UHGV virus genome: UHGV-0179801
Length of the DNA stretch: 43,982 nt
Direction: 5' to 3' (one strand)
Source of the DNA: a virus
Both the position numbers and the translations under genes were made by a program. The notes under the pieces were generated by a model that had not been told where the DNA came from, searched no databases, and worked only from the letters and a program-made list of their open reading frames with translations. Shown here piece by piece: positions 1-7,208 of this stretch (positions are counted from its first letter, which is position 1; each line of letters starts with the position of its first letter).

Positions 1-31
1 TCCACGAACTTAGAGACATCAAGCGCGAAAC

Positions 32-391
32 TCATTTTCTCACCTGAATAAAGTAGGCTACGACATCATCGTTAACCATCTTCTTCTCAATGGCTTCGAT
101 GGACCATTGCTCGCCGCCGAATTGCACCTTGTCTTCCATCTTCGGAACGACGCTGCAATCGGCTTTAACAATCATGTCGCCCGCCTGAATCGTCGTACCG
201 TTTACCAGTCCCGCGTTTACCGGAACCGGAACAGCCTTCAACGGCAGCACTTCATCGTCAGACCAGACGTACTCGCCGAGAACTTCATCCCACACTTTCG
301 AGCCAGCGCGAATCAGCGACACCGTGCTGCCGAATTTGGTCAGCAGGCGTGTACCAACACCTTGCATACGTTTACTGAAAGCTGTACCCAT
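32..391 (-). CDS. neck/structural protein, hypothetical (119 aa)
   Basis: Track ORF 32..445; in-frame ATG at 391 overlaps the stop of the upstream gene (TAATG coupling); last gene of the leftward late operon at the window edge. Confidence 0.45.
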   Translation of the reverse strand: MGTAFSKRMQGVGTRLLTKFGSTVSLIRAGSKVWDEVLGEYVWSDDEVLPLKAVPVPVNAGLVNGTTIQAGDMIVKADCSVVPKMEDKVQFGGEQWSIEAIEKKMVNDDVVAYFIQVRK

Positions 392-1005
392 TACGCGGCC
401 TCCAGTCTCGAAATAACCAGTAGCGCGGAAGGCGCGGCGCCCCATGCGGTTACGGTAGCGGCTTGCGGGTATACACCACCGAAGTTGCTTCCGGCGCTAT
501 CTCGCATAATCTGAACGGCAAACGTCTGGCCTGCGGTTGGGTTAATAACGACGCGAGACTCAATCGGGATTGTAATATCCGCGCTCACCAGTTTCGTGGC
601 GGCGGGCGAGCCGTACTGAGTACCGTTTACTAAAATACGTGATAGCAAGATTGATGTGCCACTTGCCCCTGTGCGACCCGCTTGTAACTTGATGCGAACG
701 GCGTAGTTACCCGCAGTGTTGAACGTAACCATACCCGCTGCATTAATCATTACCGGGTCAGATGCACTCCCCTGAGCGGAGCCGAAAGTTAACTGCAATG
801 CTGTGTCCGTCGCGGTTGGCGCTTGTATTACAGTGGACGCGGCGCGAAGAACTTCAACCTCTTTTACCCCAGGAGTGGCGTAAATAGGCGAGTCGGCCAT
901 CTGCGTCATTACCTCGCGTAACTTCGCGGGTGTGATAAGCCCGGTCGTGTTATCAGGGAGGTTCGCACCGATAAGGGTAAACATCTCTGTTTTAGTCTTC
1001 GCCAT
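391..1005 (-). CDS. structural protein, hypothetical (204 aa)
   Basis: Track ORF; tightly packed in the leftward late operon downstream of capsid genes; function assigned by position only. Confidence 0.5.
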   Translation of the reverse strand: MAKTKTEMFTLIGANLPDNTTGLITPAKLREVMTQMADSPIYATPGVKEVEVLRAASTVIQAPTATDTALQLTFGSAQGSASDPVMINAAGMVTFNTAGNYAVRIKLQAGRTGASGTSILLSRILVNGTQYGSPAATKLVSADITIPIESRVVINPTAGQTFAVQIMRDSAGSNFGGVYPQAATVTAWGAAPSALLVISRLEAA

Positions 1006-1007
1006 TT

Positions 1008-1520
1008 TTAACCCCGGTACACGTTAAACGAGAAACCATTGTTAAGACCGCCGCACAGTAACGGGCGTAAGGCGTCGTCTGCGGCTGTAATAGCAGTTGT
1101 TGCTCCACTGCTGCCGTTGTTGAAGTAGGTAACGGTCACTGCACCCTCGACACGCTCGGTCTGCACGGAACGCCCATCAGTGTTAGCGCGAACATCAGTT
1201 CCAGCACCATATGTAGCGGCGGCGATTACCTGCGCAAGAATCACCTGTTTCGGGATGACATTGTTCGATACTGGGAAGCCATTCAACGTTACGCCGGCGC
1301 GTGGGTAAGCGAGAGACTGTTCAGCGGATACGCGACGACCGCACATCTGCGGTTCTGCAAGCCCGACATAAGTAGCACCGTTGCGCAGAGCTACTTCCGC
1401 GGCGGTATCGTCTTCTGGCAACTCCAGGCCATAATTAGCCGCTAACGCGCGGGCGTCAGCCAGACTAATGTAACTGTCGGCATTCGGTACGATTTCCCCT
1501 GTCTCCACGATTAGCGGCAT
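1008..1520 (-). CDS. head-tail connector region protein, hypothetical (170 aa)
   Basis: Track ORF; 2-nt spacing to the next gene; position between capsid and tail genes. Confidence 0.5.
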   Translation of the reverse strand: MPLIVETGEIVPNADSYISLADARALAANYGLELPEDDTAAEVALRNGATYVGLAEPQMCGRRVSAEQSLAYPRAGVTLNGFPVSNNVIPKQVILAQVIAAATYGAGTDVRANTDGRSVQTERVEGAVTVTYFNNGSSGATTAITAADDALRPLLCGGLNNGFSFNVYRG

Positions 1521-1523
1521 AAA

Positions 1524-1703
1524 TTATTCCTCTGACTTACGGCGACGACGCTTAGTACCGCCACCGTTGTTGTGCGCTTCTTCGTTGTCCGGTTGTGTTG
1601 CAACCAGTTCTTCCGCTTCTACCGCACCGCGAACAGGCATCACCTGACCGTCAACAACATCAACGTGGGTGTACTTTTCGCGGATTACATAATTATCTGC
1701 CAT
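1524..1703 (-). CDS. small protein (59 aa), basic C-terminus
   Basis: Not in track (<60 aa). ATG at 1703 preceded by AAGGAAAGG; ends GGAGGAATAA just before the ATG of the next gene at 1520. Confidence 0.4.
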   Translation of the reverse strand: MADNYVIREKYTHVDVVDGQVMPVRGAVEAEELVATQPDNEEAHNNGGGTKRRRRKSEE

Positions 1704-1739
1704 GACCTTTCCTTATTACGGCCCCGAAGGGCCGTTGTA

Positions 1740-2081
1740 TTAAGATACAGTTGCTACGGTGCTGCTGGAGATAATATTACCATACACATCGTGAACAACC
1801 ACTTTATACGTGCCTGAATCGGCGGTAGTGGTAGACGCTTTAGCATAGGTAGCTGCGGTAGCTCCGTCGATGGCGTTGTTGTTCTTATACCACTGGTAAG
1901 AATATGGCTCCAGACCGCCAGTTGCGACCACGGTCAGCGTCATAGTTTCACCTGCGGTTACCGAGGTAGTAGCGTTAAGCGGGGTAGAAAAAGACGCAGG
2001 TGAAATAGTCGCCATGTCAATCTTAGCACCTACGGTGTCCGCAGAGACGCCAGTGATGCGTCGTTTCAATACGTCTGCCAT
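1740..2081 (-). CDS. Ig-like domain protein (possible capsid decoration)
   Basis: Track ORF; AAGAGGA RBS; Ig-like signature (PYSYQWYKNN ... DSGTYKVVVHD); immediately downstream of the major capsid gene. Confidence 0.5.
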   Translation of the reverse strand: MADVLKRRITGVSADTVGAKIDMATISPASFSTPLNATTSVTAGETMTLTVVATGGLEPYSYQWYKNNNAIDGATAATYAKASTTTADSGTYKVVVHDVYGNIISSSTVATVS

Positions 2082-2142
2082 TGGGGAATCCTCTTAGTAA
2101 ATGAAAAGAGGGACCGAAGTCCCTCTCGATTATAGCTTAACC

Positions 2143-3192
2143 TTAAGACCCGACACCAGTTACCAGGAAGGCAATCGGTACATGCTTACGTTCAACAACA
2201 CGGTTCCAGTTAGAGGCGTTCGCCAGGTCCTGCCAGGAAGCGGAGCGCGGGGTAGTCTCGGTGCCGTTGCCAGTGATTACTGCGCTGGTGAAGCTGTAGC
2301 CAAACGGATGCAGCAACCAGGTCTTACGGGTCCACAGGGTTTCAACGCCGCCGCCATTGCCGCGGGACTCTTCACGCTCATAGGCCAGCGGATTGGTTGG
2401 GTTGCCTTCACCATAACCGATAGCGCCGTTGCCGAAGATGATGGAGATGAACTTACGGCTAGGGCCAGTACCGACTACGGTCATGCTGTCGTCAACAATC
2501 ACGCGGTAGCCCTGGTAGGTGGCGAACAGGGTGTCGTTGTCAGCGTTTTTGATGAAGTCGATAAGCTGCTGCTTACGGGCCTGCGCGTATACGAAGCTGT
2601 GCATAGCGATAGTGCCCAGCACTTCACCACCGTTGCCCATCAGCGCGTCACCCATAGTCTGGGTAGCGTCGATGAACGCGCCTGCGTCGAAGCCCAGAGT
2701 AGAGGACACGTCGATTACCATGTCGTTCTGCTCGTGATATGCGTCGGTGGCGGCTACGTTGTCATTGTACAGACCGAGCGCGGTGGCGATCAGACGGCGT
2801 TGTGCCTGGCGCTGCCAGAAGTTATCCAGGCGGGATGCTACGGATTGCAGCGGGTTCTGGCTGGTCAGTTCTACCGTCAAATCCGCCTGACCAAAGCCTT
2901 CGTTCAGGTACGCAACGCGGGCCATCATCTCACCGGTCTGCACATTACGCGGGGTAGCGATGTCCTGGTATACGTCGTTCGAGTAGTTCGGCTCGATAGA
3001 GGTATCAATCGCTTTCCAGAAAGGAATATTAGCGATGTTGGACGGGCCGCGGGCAATCTCGGCAGCGTACGGAGTCGGAGTCAGAATACCGGACTGGAAG
3101 AACGCGGTTTTTTCTACCGGGTCCTCGGTCATATAAGATGCCAGGACCGGGATGTTGCCAGTTACGATATCGCCGATAGTGGTAATTGCCAT
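2143..3192 (-). CDS. major capsid protein
   Basis: 349-aa ORF directly after the scaffold gene; AGGAA RBS; size and position typical of an HK97-fold capsid protein. Confidence 0.7.
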   Translation of the reverse strand: MAITTIGDIVTGNIPVLASYMTEDPVEKTAFFQSGILTPTPYAAEIARGPSNIANIPFWKAIDTSIEPNYSNDVYQDIATPRNVQTGEMMARVAYLNEGFGQADLTVELTSQNPLQSVASRLDNFWQRQAQRRLIATALGLYNDNVAATDAYHEQNDMVIDVSSTLGFDAGAFIDATQTMGDALMGNGGEVLGTIAMHSFVYAQARKQQLIDFIKNADNDTLFATYQGYRVIVDDSMTVVGTGPSRKFISIIFGNGAIGYGEGNPTNPLAYEREESRGNGGGVETLWTRKTWLLHPFGYSFTSAVITGNGTETTPRSASWQDLANASNWNRVVERKHVPIAFLVTGVGS

Positions 3193-3194
3193 TA

Positions 3195-3896
3195 TTATTT
3201 CCTCAGGGCTTTAAGTTGCCGTTCAAATTCGGCAGGGTTCGATTTATACAGAGCTAAACGCTCCGCTTCACTCATGTCTTTAAACGCTGGTGCGGCCCCG
3301 CCGCCTTTGCTACCGGAAGCCCCGCCGCCGGAAGCTGCATTTGCTTTAATCAAATGCGAAAACGCTTTGTGTTCACGCAGATATTTGCGGAACTGTTCCG
3401 GGTCAGTCGTGATTACGTTACCGTCTGCGCTGACAAACTTAGTAACCACATCATCGCCTTCGAACTCAGTCTTAACGAACGGTGCAAGGATGTCCACTGC
3501 TTCCGGGGTGATAAAGTCACCTGCGAAAGAGCCTAACACCGCTTTACGTTCGCTACCGAGAATGCGCTCTGCCATTCTGGAGATGCGGCCATCTTTCTCG
3601 GCTAACACCGGGTCATACTGGCTACGAATCGTCTTTTCGAACTCGTCCATCTTACCAGCGGCTTTTAACGCCTCCTGGTGGGCACGCTGCCGTTCTTCTT
3701 CGGCCTCTTTTGCTTTACGAGCGGCTTCTTTCTTCTCCGCAAGTAATGCTTCCTGATTAGCCTTAAGCCCGGCAACTTCTTTCTCAATCAGCGCCTGAAC
3801 TTCTTCAGCGGTGAACATTTTCGGTGCGTCACCGCCGCCAGATTTATCTTCTGCTCCAGCTTCTTCCTGGAACGGATAACGTAAAAAACGATTCAT
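3195..3896 (-). CDS. scaffolding protein
   Basis: Ala/Glu/Lys-rich predicted coiled coil (EALLAEKKEAARKAKEAEEERQRAHQEALKAAGK) just upstream of the capsid gene. Start uncertain: ATG at 3896 chosen; track start 3950 is a TTG. Confidence 0.6.
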   Translation of the reverse strand: MNRFLRYPFQEEAGAEDKSGGGDAPKMFTAEEVQALIEKEVAGLKANQEALLAEKKEAARKAKEAEEERQRAHQEALKAAGKMDEFEKTIRSQYDPVLAEKDGRISRMAERILGSERKAVLGSFAGDFITPEAVDILAPFVKTEFEGDDVVTKFVSADGNVITTDPEQFRKYLREHKAFSHLIKANAASGGGASGSKGGGAAPAFKDMSEAERLALYKSNPAEFERQLKALRK

Positions 3897-3978
3897 AGTC
3901 AGTATGTCCCCTGGACGTTGGAATCCGGGCCACCCGGATTTACATGTCAAGAATAAATTATTCCAACATGCAAGGCAA

Positions 3979-4242
3979 CTATTCCAGAATATTCCTCACA
4001 TAATCCTGCAACATGAACACTTTCAGTCTCAGTTGCCGTGCACATTCGGCATTCTGAACGTCGATAGCTAAATCCTCGTCCGCGTCGCTACTTGGCGGCG
4101 CCAGTTTGCACGGCGGCTGCATCATCGTCATATCCGGGGATGGAATTAGCGTTTGCGACGGCGCGGGACTTGAGCAGGACGCGAGCATCGTCGAAAGTGC
4201 ACACGCTGCGGCCAGGCGTTTTAATGTACTTAACGACTTCAC
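3979..4242 (-). CDS. o-spanin (Rz1-like outer-membrane lipoprotein)
   Basis: Signal peptide with lipobox LASC then a Pro-rich mature region; begins in the +1 frame inside the Rz-like gene and extends past its stop (overlapped spanin architecture). Confidence 0.55.
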   Translation of the reverse strand: MKSLSTLKRLAAACALSTMLASCSSPAPSQTLIPSPDMTMMQPPCKLAPPSSDADEDLAIDVQNAECARQLRLKVFMLQDYVRNILE

Positions 4243-4474
4243 GGGTAATCACCTCTGATTTCGTCTTGCCTTCGTTGTCAGCGGCTGCGGCCTTTGATTC
4301 ATCCTGCTGCTGCCGTTGTGTTTTCTTTGCTAACTCGGTCTGTGCTTTCTGCTGTTGCTGCGAAACGAGATTCGCCCGGCCTTCGTTCCAGCCGCTGCGA
4401 TATTGGTAGATGCCGTGGGCGTAAGACAGGATGATGAAACATGCTCCTGCTACGACAGTTGCTTTAAGATTCAT
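4088..4474 (-). CDS. i-spanin (Rz-like)
   Basis: N-terminal TM helix (ATVVAGACFIILSYAHGIY) followed by a charged Gln/Lys/Glu-rich periplasmic coiled-coil region; AAAGGAGAAAC RBS; contains the embedded lipoprotein ORF. Confidence 0.55.
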   Translation of the reverse strand: MNLKATVVAGACFIILSYAHGIYQYRSGWNEGRANLVSQQQQKAQTELAKKTQRQQQDESKAAAADNEGKTKSEVITREVVKYIKTPGRSVCTFDDARVLLKSRAVANANSIPGYDDDAAAVQTGAAK

Positions 4475-4793
4475 GTTTCTCCTTTCTCGATAAGTAAAGC
4501 CCCGCCATAAAGCGGGGCGCTAGTCCTTATCATTTAAACATAGAAACGGCGTAATCTCAGTAAACCAGTTACTTTTTACACAAGCAATAGATTATGGCCC
4601 TTCCGAACGCGTCAGCGTAACTACACTCAGGACTTACGTCCCGCTCCGTTACCTGCCCGCGCCGCGGTCGCTTGTTCATACTTCACAAGCTCAGGTGGAG
4701 CTTAGCACATTTTTAGTGAAAAGTCAACTATTCGAATAGTTTATTCCAAGATTTACAATTCGGTGGAATAACTGGGATACCTAACCAAATAGT

Positions 4794-4822
4794 TTGCACA
4801 CACCAATATAATAGGGTACTAT
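4794..4822 (+). promoter_or_regulatory. sigma70-like promoter TTGCAC-N17-TACTAT with AATAG-N4-CTATT inverted repeat
   Basis: Conserved 25-nt block caccaatataatagggtactattca (4801-4825), near-identical at 6608 and 40231, followed by the conserved leader tcgaaacgaggaga and an ATG. Confidence 0.55.
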
Positions 4823-4850
4823 TCATTACATCGAAACGAGGAGATGAAAA

Positions 4851-5024
4851 ATGTTCAAAGAAAAAGACATAATGCACGAAAACGGCAAATACTGGGTTCT
4901 AAATGATAAAGGAGTGTACTGCGTAATGATTTCCGGGTTTACCCACGCTAAAGCTGATAGTGCATACGCTAGTTTAGATTTAGCGATAGCCCGCTGTGAT
5001 TATCTGGCGAGTAGAGACGCATAA
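4851..5024 (+). CDS. small moron protein (57 aa), hypothetical
   Basis: ATG 4851 after the conserved promoter/leader (gaggagatgaaaaATG); opposite strand to the flanking late genes; followed by a terminator hairpin. Confidence 0.5.
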   Translation: MFKEKDIMHENGKYWVLNDKGVYCVMISGFTHAKADSAYASLDLAIARCDYLASRDA

Positions 5025-5027
5025 ACT

Positions 5028-5050
5028 AAGGCCCCGTAATGGGGCCTTTT
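5028..5050 (+). terminator. rho-independent terminator (AAGGCCCC-gtaat-GGGGCCTT-TT)
   Basis: Perfect 8-bp GC-rich stem, 5-nt loop, T-run; member of a conserved hairpin family recurring at 7183, 30767 and 42010. Confidence 0.6.
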
Positions 5051-5051
5051 A

Positions 5052-5510
5052 TCAATCTGGCTTAGTGACCTTCGCCGCCTTGCTTACCACCTCAACTCCA
5101 TCGGTATCAGTAACTTTAACGAAGTATTCGCCAGCTGCGTTAACCGACAGAGACAAAGCCTGTTCTGGTGCGTTAACCACTTCCTTACCGTCCTTGTACC
5201 AGGTCAGAGTATACGGCGCTTTACCCGCTTTAACTTCGACAGTGATAGTTGCGCTGCCGTCTGCCAGTTCGGCGTCCTGCGGTTGCACAGAGAAATACAC
5301 ATCGCCAGCATCAGCCAGATACGGAATCTCATAAAGCATACCCGCCGCCGGCAGCGCAATACCGGTTTTATCTGCAAACGGCATATCGTCTACGGGCGTA
5401 CCGAGTACACTTTCATCTTCAATAAATACCACGTTCTCGCCGGAGCCAGACACGCGGGCGTACTGGACTACGCGACGCGCGGGTACATCAGTTACTTTGA
5501 AAAAGCCCAT
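5052..5510 (-). CDS. Ig-like domain structural protein
   Basis: Track ORF; GGGGA RBS; C-terminal Ig-like signature (APYTLTWYKDGKEV ... GEYFVKVTD); downstream of the head morphogenesis gene. Confidence 0.5.
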   Translation of the reverse strand: MGFFKVTDVPARRVVQYARVSGSGENVVFIEDESVLGTPVDDMPFADKTGIALPAAGMLYEIPYLADAGDVYFSVQPQDAELADGSATITVEVKAGKAPYTLTWYKDGKEVVNAPEQALSLSVNAAGEYFVKVTDTDGVEVVSKAAKVTKPD

Positions 5511-5512
5511 CG

Positions 5513-6556
5513 TTATTCCCCTTTCAGATAATCAGCAACACGTTTATCGAGTTCCGCCATCTGCTTAAGCGTCAGCGGATTCCCGAAACCATCTACAGAT
5601 ATTACGCGAAACTCTTCCGGTGATATACCGCTGTTACGGAAAATCTTACCGCGTGTCGGCCCGAGTGCTTCATCCTGAAACCATGCCGGTTGTTGTTTCA
5701 GGAACTCGTAATAGGTTGTGTCCGCGCTTACCTGAGTTCCTCCGTCTGCACCCTTAGCCGCACGTTTTGCGCCTTTATCGAGGAAGTCGAACTCCGAGCT
5801 AATTACCGGAGCCGTGCACGACCGGCAGTTCGGATGGGCGGGGGGCATCGGCCCTTTACCAATTTCCCACGTCATCCCGTCTCTGGCTCTGCAAATCGTA
5901 CTTGTACGGCTGTCGAGGGTGGATACCCACTCGTACTTCTCGATGATGTCGTCGTTCTGACGGTACGTCTCGTTACGTGCTTCGTTGGACACGTGGGACA
6001 GCGCGGTGCGTATTACAGTAGCCGCATTGCGCTCAGAGACATCGGCCAGGCCACCCGCGCCAACAACATTCTTAACAATCTGCCGTGTGGTTTGGCCTTG
6101 TACAAATCCCATCTTAACGCCCGTTACCAGGCGCGCGACCTCCGCTTCGCCCCAGCCATCCATCAGCTTGGTGAAATCGACAGGCTTGTCACTTAGTGAC
6201 AGAGGTTGAAACTCGGCAGCGGCCCACACCTGCTCAGCGGTAGGAGTAATAAATTCTGCGTTAACATTGGTCGTCAGTGTTTTTACGTTCCACTCAGCCT
6301 CATATGCCGCCAGTTCCTTAAGGTCTTCTGTCAGCTTTGTTTGCCAGTCACCTGTAAGGCCTGCCAGTGCTTCTTCGAGGTCGCGTAACAGTTTATTCAG
6401 TCTGGCGGTGCTGCGACCGTCGTCGCCGAATAACAGCACCTGCCGTTTTATTTCGTCACGCATCTCCTGAATGAACGGTGTGAGGTCTTTCACCTCGCCG
6501 GATGCGGTGCGTTGCAGCCATATCTGGTGGCTGATTAAGGATGTAAGTAAGCTCAT
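5513..6556 (-). CDS. head morphogenesis / minor capsid protein (Mu F-like, SPP1 gp7-like)
   Basis: Motif STLDSRTSTICRARDG typical of the Mu-F/gp7 family; located after the portal gene; ATG 6556 with GGAGGG RBS preferred over the track start 6613. Confidence 0.65.
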   Translation of the reverse strand: MSLLTSLISHQIWLQRTASGEVKDLTPFIQEMRDEIKRQVLLFGDDGRSTARLNKLLRDLEEALAGLTGDWQTKLTEDLKELAAYEAEWNVKTLTTNVNAEFITPTAEQVWAAAEFQPLSLSDKPVDFTKLMDGWGEAEVARLVTGVKMGFVQGQTTRQIVKNVVGAGGLADVSERNAATVIRTALSHVSNEARNETYRQNDDIIEKYEWVSTLDSRTSTICRARDGMTWEIGKGPMPPAHPNCRSCTAPVISSEFDFLDKGAKRAAKGADGGTQVSADTTYYEFLKQQPAWFQDEALGPTRGKIFRNSGISPEEFRVISVDGFGNPLTLKQMAELDKRVADYLKGE

Positions 6557-6600
6557 ATGCCCTCCTGTAGTATCGACAGTGTAACGCATAAAAATAATAT

Positions 6601-6629
6601 TTGCAGACACCAATATAATAGGGTACTAT
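6601..6629 (+). promoter_or_regulatory. sigma70-like promoter TTGCAG-N17-TACTAT (conserved family)
   Basis: Same 25-nt block as at 4801 and 40231, followed by the conserved leader tcgaaacgaggagatgagaaATG. Confidence 0.55.
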
Positions 6630-6656
6630 TCAGTTATCGAAACGAGGAGATGAGAA

Positions 6657-7178
6657 ATGGTTACTACAGTAATTACTTTCCCTGCGTATGTAGGGGCGAA
6701 AATCTGCAGGGCGAAAAATGATGTGCGCTATTATTTGAACGCTTTTTACATAGACCCTGAAGGATTGATAGTTTCTACGGATGGTCACAGATTGTTCTGC
6801 GACAACGTGAAGACAAACGTCGAAACTGGAGTTCTAATAGACATCAAAGGGAGGGAGCCTTCTAAATTTAACTACGCGGAGGTAGACCACGACAACGGTA
6901 GTGTTTCTTTCTATGACGATAGTAGTGCGCTTGTATGTACACTTCCTATTGAAGTTGTAGACGGGAGATTTCCTTACTGGAGACGTGTGGCCGGCATTAC
7001 GCCGGGTTCAGTCGATAGCATAGGGTTCTCTCTGCGCTATTTGGCGGACGCGTACAAGATTTCTAAGGCATACAAAAATGAAATTGCCCGTTTCGATTTC
7101 CAGGACCAAACAAACGGATGCAAAATATCATTTTCAAACACTGCATTTATGGTGCTAATGCCAGCGCGATTTAAATAA
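6657..7178 (+). CDS. truncated DnaN-like (beta sliding clamp) protein, 173 aa
   Basis: Matches to recalled E. coli DnaN: NDVRYYLN (DnaN DVRYYLNG), STDGHRL (ATDGHRLA), VVDGRFPYWRRV (LVDGRFPDYRRV), SIGFSLRYLAD (EIGFNVSYVLD), C-terminal AFMVLMPARFK (AYVVMPMRL). Roughly half DnaN length; own promoter and terminator. Confidence 0.7.
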   Translation: MVTTVITFPAYVGAKICRAKNDVRYYLNAFYIDPEGLIVSTDGHRLFCDNVKTNVETGVLIDIKGREPSKFNYAEVDHDNGSVSFYDDSSALVCTLPIEVVDGRFPYWRRVAGITPGSVDSIGFSLRYLADAYKISKAYKNEIARFDFQDQTNGCKISFSNTAFMVLMPARFK

Positions 7179-7182
7179 AACT

Positions 7183-7208
7183 AAGGCCCCGAAAGGGGCC
7201 TTTTCTTT
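7183..7208 (+). terminator. rho-independent terminator (AAGGCCCC-gaaa-GGGGCCTT-TTCTTT)
   Basis: 8-bp stem, GAAA loop, T-run, directly after the stop at 7176-7178; same hairpin family as 5028. Confidence 0.6.

Noticed and set aside
2101-3756. 551-aa plus-strand ORF, the longest in the region
   Set aside because: Lies entirely antisense to the capsid and scaffold genes, has no RBS, and has low-complexity Ala/Gly/Arg/Ser-rich content typical of a shadow frame.
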